Assembly (NCBI GenBank): GCA_945865565.1
Contig: CAMBEK010000004.1
Location: 24,714 to 88,713 of the forward strand
Length of the DNA stretch: 64,000 bases
Reading direction: 5' to 3'
Origin: Pseudobacteriovorax antillogorgiicola
GTDB lineage: Bacteria; Bdellovibrionota_B; Oligoflexia; Oligoflexales; RGVZ01
Both the position numbers and the translations under genes were made by a program. Below the pieces are notes generated by a model that was not told the origin of the DNA, did not search any database, and saw nothing but the letters and a program-made list of their open reading frames with translations. Below are positions 56,760 to 64,000 of this stretch, piece after piece; the stretch's first letter is position 1; each line of letters opens with the position of its first letter.

Positions 56760-56878
56760 GCTCTACCTCGTCCTTGAGGGAAAAACCTGTCGCAGATCAA
56801 CTACAGTTATAACACGCTATTTTTAACAGTGTGAACAAGCGGGCAAAATTTACCGGCTGGAGACCTCGAAAAAGGTCT

Positions 56879-57400
56879 TTAGTGGGCAGAATCGACCTCG
56901 GAATCGACGGTCACGGCCAGGGGATCAGAGAAGCTTTGCCCCTTTGGCGTATCCTCCGCTGCGAAATCGCGTACTGGAACGCGCCCCTTCGCCCCACTGA
57001 GAGAATCGATCCACTGCGGTGTCCCGATCCCGCGGGTGCCGTGATCCTTCACCGTTCGAAAGGCCGCGTCGGGGCTGCCGAGCATGGCGTTATATGACGG
57101 AGCCGACGCTCGGGAGGACGGGGTCGCCGCGCGAATATGACGCACCCTCACGTTATTCTGAGGCCCTGAGGCCGAAGAATCCTCTCTTCCCGCAATTCCA
57201 GAAACAGCCAGGACACTCGTCGGCCGCACTGGCATCGCCAAGGCAACCGCAGGAACCACAGTGGGCTCCGCAACGGTGACGACCTTTGGGGATTCAGTTG
57301 GGAGTTCATTGGCGATTGCCGGCTGCGCCAAGCGGCGCGCCAGTGTAATAGAAATGGTCAGGGCCAGAATCAGGGTAACAACGACAACTGGCTTGCGCAT
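56879..57400 (-). CDS. Hypothetical membrane-anchored or secreted Pro/Val-rich protein
   Basis: The ATG at 57400 (from ORF-track arithmetic) gives MRKPVVVVTLILALTISITLA. No motif recognised. Divergent from the ABC importer. Confidence 0.5.
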   Translation of the reverse strand: MRKPVVVVTLILALTISITLARRLAQPAIANELPTESPKVVTVAEPTVVPAVALAMPVRPTSVLAVSGIAGREDSSASGPQNNVRVRHIRAATPSSRASAPSYNAMLGSPDAAFRTVKDHGTRGIGTPQWIDSLSGAKGRVPVRDFAAEDTPKGQSFSDPLAVTVDSEVDSAH

Positions 57401-57434
57401 AAGCAGCCTCCTACAGCAACGGAGGTATATTAAC

Positions 57435-58421
57435 ATGATTTTATTAAAAATGAATCTTAATTTTAAACATATTAATACAAATGCACTCCGTTGGATTTTA
57501 TTACCAGCGGCTCTGTTGACGCTCTTTTTTTCGGTAAAATCATGGAATTACAGCACAAAAAAGGAATCCACCTGCCCGCCCCCCAGCGGATCAGTTCCTA
57601 TGAGGGTCGCCTCAGCATCTTTGGCGGGCGATGAACTTCTTGTCCGGATCCTTAAAAAAGCAGGCGCCATAGACCGCTTGATCGCCACATCCAGGTTTTC
57701 CGACGATCCGCTCTATAGTCATATTACGAACGAAGTCACCGGCGTCAGCGCCCGGGTGGGCGACAACCTTGAGGCCCTGGCTTCACTAAAACCAGATCTG
57801 GTGGTGTTTGCTACCTTCAATCGCCCCGCCGTGACGAGCGCACTACAGCGCCTGGCAGTACAGAACTGCTGGCTCGATGCCTTTGAATCCTTAGAGGGCA
57901 TTCGCGGAAACATCCTGAGGCTGGGCGCCGCCTTGGGACTTGAAGATGCCGCACGGAATGTCGCCGATGACTTTCAAGCAGAAGTCCTGTCAGAAGTCCG
58001 CACCACCCGAGCCCTCGCGGGCGCAAATGCCGTCGAAGCCAAACCCAGGGTTCTCAGCTTTGATGGTTCCGGTACCGTTATGGCGGGAAAAACGACTTTC
58101 GATGATCTTGTTCAACTTGCAGGCGGAATCAACGCAGCATCAGCCGCCGGCCTGACTGGCTGGCCACGGATCACCGATGAAGCCATTTCCGCAATGGCCC
58201 CTGACGTCATCGTTTTGTTGACCGACACGCGCAGCGCGGATGACCTCAGGTCGGAGTTGCAGGCAAAGCCCGGCTGGCGCGACACGCCTGCCGTAAAAAA
58301 CAGTCGTTTCGCGACGCCATCTCCCGCAGACCTTTTGGCCCTTTCTCCCGCCGCGCTCCGTGCTGTCCCTGCATTGCGCAGAGCTTTTTACATTTCGAAC
58401 CGGCGAGACGCACGCCCATGA
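57435..58421 (+). CDS. ABC transporter substrate-binding protein (iron-siderophore/haem/B12 class)
   Basis: ATG at 57435 is preceded by GGAGG; the track start at 57261 is unlikely. N-terminal anchor, followed by a class III binding-protein pattern (LKPDLVVFATF, GWPRITDEAISAMAPDVIVLL). Confidence 0.75.
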   Translation: MILLKMNLNFKHINTNALRWILLPAALLTLFFSVKSWNYSTKKESTCPPPSGSVPMRVASASLAGDELLVRILKKAGAIDRLIATSRFSDDPLYSHITNEVTGVSARVGDNLEALASLKPDLVVFATFNRPAVTSALQRLAVQNCWLDAFESLEGIRGNILRLGAALGLEDAARNVADDFQAEVLSEVRTTRALAGANAVEAKPRVLSFDGSGTVMAGKTTFDDLVQLAGGINAASAAGLTGWPRITDEAISAMAPDVIVLLTDTRSADDLRSELQAKPGWRDTPAVKNSRFATPSPADLLALSPAALRAVPALRRAFYISNRRDARP

Positions 58422-59377
58422 AGATCAAGGCTGAAATGGGCAGCATGACATTTCTGATCGCCGCGTTGACGGCAACCTTTGCCTTGAGCCTTGTTACCGG
58501 TATTTCCGGAAGTTTTCTCGATTCTGGTACTGAGGCAATCGTCCAATTCCGGTTACCACGGAGCACGTTGGCCATGCTCTCTGGGGGCTTTCTGGGAGTC
58601 GCTGGGGCACTCACTCAAAATCTGTTTCGCAATCCCCTGGCCTCACCATCCATCTTGGGCATTGAGGCCGGCGGCAGTCTGGCCGTGACGGCTCTTCTTG
58701 TTGCAGGACTTTCATTAAATCTGGCTCCGATTGCCGCCCTGGCAGGATGCCTGGTGGCCTTGATGCTTGTTTTGACCTTCCGATCAAATTTAATTCTGAG
58801 CGGACTTGCCATTTCCACCGCTGCAGGCTCGGTGGGCAGTCTGCTGTTGTCCATTGCCCTTAATGACCCTGGTCGCGCAGTTTCCGTGCTTCAATGGCTC
58901 CTTGGCAGCCTGTCTGGACGGGGCTGGAGCGATTTAATGCGCGCCATTCCTTTTGCTGCTGCTGGGCTATTCATGAGCTGGCGGCTTGGCCCTGCCATGG
59001 ACACCATGATGTTGGGCTCGCAAGTTGCCAGCTCCGTCGGGGTGGATGTCGAACGGAAAAAACTGACGGCAGTGACCGCCGTTGCCCTGCTCACGGCCGC
59101 TGCAATCACGGGCGGCGGACTGTTGCCTTTTGTTGGCCTGATAGCCCCACACCTTGCACGAAGCACGGGCGGATACCGGGCAGGAAGTTTGAAATCCAAT
59201 TCCATCGCAGCAAAAAGTTTCTGCCTCGGTGCCATTCTAGTCATGTTCGCTGATTTAATCGCACGCACAGCCGCGGGCCCTCGCGAACTTGAAACCGGCG
59301 TGATCACCGGCGTGATTGGCGGACCTTTTTTCCTGTGGTGCCTCTGGCGTCAGCAAGGCAAGGAGGCACGAACATGA
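58418..59377 (+). CDS. ABC transporter permease (FecCD/BtuC family)
   Basis: 319 aa, multi-TM. FecCD-like blocks LPRSTLAMLSGGFLGVAGALTQNLFRNPLASPSILG and GVITGVIGGPFFLW. Confidence 0.85.
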   Translation: MKIKAEMGSMTFLIAALTATFALSLVTGISGSFLDSGTEAIVQFRLPRSTLAMLSGGFLGVAGALTQNLFRNPLASPSILGIEAGGSLAVTALLVAGLSLNLAPIAALAGCLVALMLVLTFRSNLILSGLAISTAAGSVGSLLLSIALNDPGRAVSVLQWLLGSLSGRGWSDLMRAIPFAAAGLFMSWRLGPAMDTMMLGSQVASSVGVDVERKKLTAVTAVALLTAAAITGGGLLPFVGLIAPHLARSTGGYRAGSLKSNSIAAKSFCLGAILVMFADLIARTAAGPRELETGVITGVIGGPFFLWCLWRQQGKEART

Positions 59378-60000
59378 CTCCAGCACATCCAATCTTGCCT
59401 TTCATCCATCAGGCAAGGGGCGCCGGACTGAAAGTTACGGATCTTCGATTGAAGGACCGTGGTGCCATTCTTGCTGATGGCTATTCGGCAGATTTTACGG
59501 ACGGCAAAATCCATCACATCACGGCCCCCAACGGTGCGGGAAAAAGTTCTCTCCTGGCCTGTCTGGCGGGCCTGTTAAAACCAGACTCTGGATCGATTGC
59601 TGTGCAAGGACTCGCTGATAAAAAAGCCGCGCTGATTTCCTGGTTGCCGCCAGATGACGATTTCACCATGCCGCAATGCGCAATCGACGTGGTCCTTGCC
59701 GGACGCTGGCGCTTCCACCTGGGCAGGCCAACCCAAGCCGATCAGGGAATCGCCATGCAATGCCTCGATGCCCTCGGCATTGGAGATTTGCACAACAAGG
59801 CATCAACGGAGTTGAGCTCTGGTCAAAAGCGCCGCGTCAATCTAGCCCGAGTCATTGCGCAGGATGCGGCAATCATTCTGCTCGACGAGCCATTCCGGGG
59901 ACTTGATGCCAACGCACGACATTCATGCCGGGAAGTCATCGTGGTACTGGCAGACCGTGGCCGCACCATCATCGTTGCCGATCCCCTGCCGCCAGAATAA
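59374..60000 (+). CDS. ABC transporter ATP-binding protein
   Basis: The ATG at 59374 overlaps the permease stop (ATGA). Walker A APNGAGKSS, signature LSSGQKRR, Walker B IILLDEP. Confidence 0.88.
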   Translation: MTPAHPILPFIHQARGAGLKVTDLRLKDRGAILADGYSADFTDGKIHHITAPNGAGKSSLLACLAGLLKPDSGSIAVQGLADKKAALISWLPPDDDFTMPQCAIDVVLAGRWRFHLGRPTQADQGIAMQCLDALGIGDLHNKASTELSSGQKRRVNLARVIAQDAAIILLDEPFRGLDANARHSCREVIVVLADRGRTIIVADPLPPE

Positions 60001-60017
60001 AGCCCGCATGAATCCAT

Positions 60018-62363
60018 TCATTTGTGCTTGAACGTTTTGACGCCATCCCATGTGTCGTCAAGACTCATGCCTTTGAGTTCGGCAATCCGCTCTCCATAAA
60101 TTCCACACGGCTTGTCTTCAGGGTGAATAAGCATGCACTGCATGAACGATTTCTGGGCGCTGGCCCAGTCGCGTTTCAGGTAATGGCCGCGTGCCTCATT
60201 GAAGTGTCCCGTGAACTCACGCAACAGCGATTCCTTTCCGACTCCAAATGTATCGGGACGCATGAGCTCGTGGACACGGACTGGCTCAAGCTTGCCCTTC
60301 ACCCGGATCGTATCCAAATCCCGCAAGTGAAAGTCCGTGCGTGAAATCTTTTTGAACGTTCGGTCGCTCAGCAAAATCTTGACCCCGTATTCCTTGGTCA
60401 AACCCTCCAGGCGTGAACCAAGGTTCACATTGTCGCCCATCACGGTGTAGGTAAATCGCTCTTCGGATCCCATATTGCCAACCGACATTGGACCGGTGTT
60501 CAAACCAATACCGATGTCGACAATCGGCAATCCCATTTTTGGGAAATCGACCCGCAACCGGTCCAACACGTAAAGCATGTTGATCGAAGCTTCGCATGCG
60601 ACATCCGCAGAGTTTGGCACTTCAAGTGGAGCACCCCAAAATGCCATAATTGCATCACCAATGAACTTGTCGAGAACTCCCTTGGAATCGAGGACGATTT
60701 TTGTCATCGGAGTAAAATAAAGGTTCATCAACTCGCACAATTTTTCTGGCGACATCGATTCGGACATCGTGGTGAAATCGCGAACGTCACTAAAGAAAAC
60801 GGTTAATTCCTTTTTCTCGCCACCAAGCTTCAAAGATTCTGGATTTTCCAGCACCTGGGCGATGACATCGGAACTAAGATAAAGAGAAAATGCGCCCTTC
60901 ACTTTTTTCTTTTCACGCTCTTCCGTCAGGTAACGGTAGGTCGTCACCATCAAATACACGGAGCCCACAGTAAAAAGTGGAGCCGCGGCTGCAACCCACA
61001 AGCCCTTGCCGAACCAAAGGTATCGATCAACAAAAAACAGGGCGAGAAACAAGATCGATGTCGCAACTGCGGAGGCCGTTGCCGGTAAAATACTGACAAG
61101 TGCCGTGGTCAACAGCCCAAGGACGATGATTCCAAGGAATTCCATTTTGAAGATCGCAGATGGACGCCGCATGAATTTTCCGCTGAACACGTTATCGATA
61201 AATGCGGCGTGATTTTCCACGCCGTCGATAGTGGCATCAAATGAGTTTGCCCTGATGTCATTGATTCCGGTTGCCGTCGGACCGGCAAGGAGCACGGCAC
61301 CTCGCAATTGCTCGCGTTCTTCCGGCGTAAAAGAATTATTCATTGCATCAACGAAACTGAAGTGTGGCACCATCTGACGGCCACCAAGATGATTGATCAT
61401 GGCCCTTCCAGTGCCAACTGGGTCGACCGGAATCTTGATCAGATCCTGATCATCATTCGGGTTCATCAAGACAATTTCTTCAATTCCATGACTGTCAAAG
61501 AAAACCACCGGCTCGCGTCCCATTGAGCTGGCAACAGTTTTCAGCGCCAGACTCGGCATGAGGCGCCCGTTGATGTTTCGCACGAGGTTGATCCACCGGA
61601 TGACTCCATCATCGTCTGGATCATTGTTGAAAAAGCCGTGATATGCGCTGGCCTTATTGACCATGGGAATGTTCGACGCAATGCCATAGGCGTTGATCAT
61701 CGGGTAGGCCGAAAGGTCTTTGCCTTCCGGAAGAATCAAATTCTGGATGGCCGAAGGCTCCATTGGTTCAAGCCCCTCGAATGGCGCTGCGCCCCCCGCC
61801 TCGGCCGCGGCAGGGCTTGGGTAATAAAAGTACCCGAGGACCACATTGCCAAATGATTTGAGCCCCCGTGCAAGGCTCTGGTCGCCCGGACTGGCCTGAC
61901 CACGCGCGGCCTGGATGCGCTGAACATCGGCGACATCGATCCCACGACCGCCCTCTGGCAGGACATCTTCAAGGAGGGTCCGCTCCGGCTCACTCCAGGT
62001 GATATCCATGCCGACCCAGGTGACCCCGGCTTCCTTCAAATTTTGAAAAGCCTTTTCATAAATACTTCGGGGGAATGGCCAACGCCCGATGGCGCGGACA
62101 GACTTCTCGTCGACCGCCAAGACTCCCACCTTGGACTGCGGTTTCAAGGGACCTCGAAGCCTAAACCGGATGTCGAGGAGTTTGGCTTCGGCCGTCTTAA
62201 GGACGTCAACTAAGGTGGAATTGCGTTCGGTAACCATTCCGTACTGGGTCCAAAGCGTCCCAGTCGTCAATAACGTACCCATGGCCATTGGCCAGGCTGC
62301 CCGACGTAAGTTTGCGGAATAACGGGCCCAATGCGACTTTGCCTGTGATTTTTGTTCGGTCAC
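60018..62363 (-). CDS. CHASE2-sensor class III nucleotidyl cyclase (probable adenylate cyclase)
   Basis: 781 aa. A periplasmic CHASE2-like region flanked by TM segments. Cyclase core FFSDVRDFT...KFIGDAIMAFWG...YTVMGDNVNLGSRLE. Specificity positions are Lys (KFIGD) and Thr (YTVMG). Confidence 0.85.
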   Translation of the reverse strand: MTEQKSQAKSHWARYSANLRRAAWPMAMGTLLTTGTLWTQYGMVTERNSTLVDVLKTAEAKLLDIRFRLRGPLKPQSKVGVLAVDEKSVRAIGRWPFPRSIYEKAFQNLKEAGVTWVGMDITWSEPERTLLEDVLPEGGRGIDVADVQRIQAARGQASPGDQSLARGLKSFGNVVLGYFYYPSPAAAEAGGAAPFEGLEPMEPSAIQNLILPEGKDLSAYPMINAYGIASNIPMVNKASAYHGFFNNDPDDDGVIRWINLVRNINGRLMPSLALKTVASSMGREPVVFFDSHGIEEIVLMNPNDDQDLIKIPVDPVGTGRAMINHLGGRQMVPHFSFVDAMNNSFTPEEREQLRGAVLLAGPTATGINDIRANSFDATIDGVENHAAFIDNVFSGKFMRRPSAIFKMEFLGIIVLGLLTTALVSILPATASAVATSILFLALFFVDRYLWFGKGLWVAAAAPLFTVGSVYLMVTTYRYLTEEREKKKVKGAFSLYLSSDVIAQVLENPESLKLGGEKKELTVFFSDVRDFTTMSESMSPEKLCELMNLYFTPMTKIVLDSKGVLDKFIGDAIMAFWGAPLEVPNSADVACEASINMLYVLDRLRVDFPKMGLPIVDIGIGLNTGPMSVGNMGSEERFTYTVMGDNVNLGSRLEGLTKEYGVKILLSDRTFKKISRTDFHLRDLDTIRVKGKLEPVRVHELMRPDTFGVGKESLLREFTGHFNEARGHYLKRDWASAQKSFMQCMLIHPEDKPCGIYGERIAELKGMSLDDTWDGVKTFKHK

Positions 62364-62396
62364 GATACGGTCCTCCGAACCGGTAGATCGGCGAAA

Positions 62397-62415
62397 TCCC
62401 TGAAAAACTCAGGAA
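62397..62415. promoter_or_regulatory. Imperfect inverted repeat containing CTCAGGAA
   Basis: TCCCTGAA-AAA-CTCAGGAA, in the divergent region between the cyclase gene and the HTH/coiled-coil gene. The same 8-mer recurs at 63239-63286. Confidence 0.4.
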
Positions 62416-62499
62416 CAAAGTTGCAGGGCCGGGCCTGGATGCGGTATCCAAACCACTGTAAGACTTTCCTAAATTGCAATGTTTTAGAGGTTCCCAAAC

Positions 62500-63222
62500 G
62501 TGTTTGGATCGCTTTTCGGAAAGAAAAATCCCGTTGGCCCGGAATCCCACCCTCTCGTTTCCCCGGCGGAAGAGTGCATTCCCAAAGAACTTGCGCCCCA
62601 AGAATACCTGTCTGAACTGGATGGGCTTTCGATCGAGGACTATGCCCAAAAGCAAGGCATGACGACCGACGAAGTCTGGAACAGGTTGCGGCGCGGCCAG
62701 CTAGTTGGCCGGACCTCACGGGGCAAGGTGCTGGTTTACGAATCGATCAGCGCAGCCGCCTTGGCCGTTCCGGGCATTGGATCCCCAGGCGGCCCGACTG
62801 GATCTGCACAGGGAACATCCTTCAGGAGTTCCTCCGACGGCGACCTTCCGCCGCTCGAGTTTGGCGCCTCAGGGCATCTGACCGAGCGCAGCTCCACTCA
62901 TTCCAGCTCAATGGTCTCCATGGACCTGGCTGGCCCACAATCGACGGAACTGGCCCTGTTGCTTGACCATTTGAGCCTGGCCAAAGAAGAAAACCGGGAA
63001 ATCATTCGGTTGACGCAGGACACCTTGACCAAGTTGTCTTCCATGACCGATGCCGTCGTCCAGATGAAGGACGAGGTAATCAAGAGCAAAGACATACAAC
63101 TCGCTGAGTTTCAGCATGCATTGGCAGAAAAAGAACGCAACATTTCGCAATTGCGCCAAGAAAAAGAGGACCTTGAGATCCTGAACCGGACTCTGGGAAA
63201 TGCCCTCGGAAATACTTTGTGA
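62500..63222 (+). CDS. Hypothetical protein with an excisionase/MerR-like HTH segment and a C-terminal coiled coil
   Basis: 240 aa, GTG start with AGAGG 9 nt upstream. LSIEDYAQKQGMTTDEVWNRLRRGQLVGRTSRGKVLV resembles HTH_17-type DNA-binding motifs. The C-terminal ~90 aa are heptad-rich (EKERNISQLRQEKEDLEILN). Confidence 0.55.
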   Translation: MFGSLFGKKNPVGPESHPLVSPAEECIPKELAPQEYLSELDGLSIEDYAQKQGMTTDEVWNRLRRGQLVGRTSRGKVLVYESISAAALAVPGIGSPGGPTGSAQGTSFRSSSDGDLPPLEFGASGHLTERSSTHSSSMVSMDLAGPQSTELALLLDHLSLAKEENREIIRLTQDTLTKLSSMTDAVVQMKDEVIKSKDIQLAEFQHALAEKERNISQLRQEKEDLEILNRTLGNALGNTL

Positions 63223-63238
63223 CCTGCTGCTAGACTGG

Positions 63239-63286
63239 CTCAGGAATGATATGATCTCAGGAACATCCCGACCAGGAATTCCTGAG
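63239..63286. promoter_or_regulatory. Array of CTCAGGAA / TTCCTGAG motifs upstream of the terminal OMP gene
   Basis: CTCAGGAA at 63239-63246 and 63256-63263. The 12-bp palindrome CAGGAATTCCTG (63273-63284) contains TTCCTGAG at 63279-63286. The array ends 14 nt before the ATG at 63300. Confidence 0.5.
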
Positions 63287-63299
63287 AGGTATCCATCGA

Positions 63300-64000
63300 A
63301 TGGTGAAAGTCCGGCTGCTCATCGTTGGCATCGTCTTTGGCTTTGTCACATTTAGCGCGTCTCATGCATTCGCTGAAGAAATCCCTGAGCACTACCTGCC
63401 TGCGGGGCCAACTGGATCAGGCGGCGCGGGCGTTGCCTCTGCCAATGACGACGACGCCATCTGGACCAATCCTGCCGGAATCGCTCGCGTGCGGAAAGCC
63501 CGCTCGAAAACCGGAACCCGTACCAAAATTCCAAATCTCATCCTCGGCGCAAATTCCAACAGCAAAACTTTTTACGGTAGCATCCAAGGCGCCGGTGACA
63601 GCACAATTGAAGACCTTGCAGCAAATGCAGACAGCCTCGGCAGCAAACCATTTTGGGTCCGCGCAGCCATGTTTCCGGTGACTCTGGTAAGTCTTGCCCC
63701 ATCGTCTCCGGCCGCCTTTGGAATTTATATGAACTCCGTCACCAGCGCATTTATCGACAGTGCGGCCCCATCGGACGCGCAGGTCACAGCCATATCTGAC
63801 ATCGGTGGTGTGATTACCCTTGGTCAGACAAATGCCTCCAATCGACTCAGTTCCGCGATTCAGATCCGGCCCGTCTACCGGTATTCATTGGAAAACACGA
63901 TCCCGTCGAACGACCTGTCGAGTCGCTCTGCTCTGCAGCACCACTTTACTTCGCTGGCAAACAAGGCCACCGCCATCGCGATCGACGTTGGGGTCATGTA
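63300..64000 (+). CDS. Outer-membrane protein, 5' partial (runs off the window); FadL/PorV-like N-terminal motif
   Basis: Open frame from ATG 63300 to the window end (233 codons, no stop), absent from the ORF track. Signal peptide MVKVRLLIVGIVFGFVTFSASHAFA, then DDDAIWTNPAGIA, which resembles the NPAG motif of FadL/TraF/PorV-type barrels. Confidence 0.7.
   Translation, partial: MVKVRLLIVGIVFGFVTFSASHAFAEEIPEHYLPAGPTGSGGAGVASANDDDAIWTNPAGIARVRKARSKTGTRTKIPNLILGANSNSKTFYGSIQGAGDSTIEDLAANADSLGSKPFWVRAAMFPVTLVSLAPSSPAAFGIYMNSVTSAFIDSAAPSDAQVTAISDIGGVITLGQTNASNRLSSAIQIRPVYRYSLENTIPSNDLSSRSALQHHFTSLANKATAIAIDVGVM

Noticed and set aside
57240-57420. Possible cobalamin riboswitch upstream of the BtuF/FecB-type ABC importer. 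GCTCCGCAACGGTGA resembles the CCCGCAACGGTA core.
   Set aside because: No B12-box (AGYCMGGAGACCKGCC-like) sequence and no GGGAA/GGTG-AAATCC elements could be found. The same DNA encodes, on the minus strand, a convincing signal-anchor N-terminus (MRKPVVVVTLILALTISITLA). My line-based coordinates in this stretch may be off by 1 nt.
63325-63681. 118-aa track ORF at the right end of the window.
   Set aside because: It overlaps the much longer open frame starting at 63300, which has a canonical signal peptide and an OMP motif.
1-64000. Scan for tRNA, rRNA, CRISPR arrays, IS elements, integrases, prophage or known defence systems.
   Set aside because: No T-loop GGTTCGAAT-type sequences in the intergenic gaps. 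No regularly spaced repeats. No transposase, integrase or phage-like ORFs. The GIY-YIG and STAND-kinase genes lack the partner genes of known defence systems.

Overview
Gene-dense chromosomal window (about 58 protein-coding genes) from a flagellated Gram-negative bacterium. By eye I found no rRNA, tRNA, CRISPR array, IS element or integrase. The lineage cannot be established without a database search. A deaminase resembling the Bd3614-like clade hints weakly at a Bdellovibrio-like group.

Most content is housekeeping:
- fumC; phoR-phoB divergent from pstSCAB, with a candidate Pho box and no phoU
- a Gram-positive-style pyrB-pyrC-carA-carB operon divergent from purK-purE
- mnmA-rnc-der; mltG; hmgA; pgi-hflX; pyk
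- a cell-wall neighbourhood (PBP1A, an LpoA-like protein, murI, NlpC/P60)
- gluQ, thiL, coaBC, plsC
- a flagellar filament/hook locus (fliC, fliD, fliS, flgE)
- an iron/B12-type ABC importer and a CHASE2 class III cyclase

Observations worth a second look:
1. A tight same-strand cluster in which a truncated haemoglobin is translationally coupled to a two-domain zinc deaminase, followed by two secreted proteins with no domains I recognise.
2. An 1866-aa Ser/Thr kinase fused to a STAND NTPase, helical repeats, a GAF-like region and an apparently catalytically dead PP2C/SpoIIE-like domain. It sits in one transcription unit with an unknown 85-aa ORF, hflX and pgi.
3. A 56-nt imperfect direct repeat bracketing the whole pyr/pur block; one copy contains the pstB stop codon.
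4. An array of CTCAGGAA/TTCCTGAG motifs flanking an HTH plus coiled-coil gene.
5. A PBP1A gene followed 3 nt later by an LpoA-like binding-fold protein.
6. A 55-aa highly basic ORF abutting coaBC that is missing from the ORF track.
7. A GNAT gene and a GIY-YIG gene inserted between fliC and fliD.

All homology calls rest on motif recognition in the supplied translations. No searches were run. I found no single clear-cut novel system; items 1 and 2 are the best candidates.
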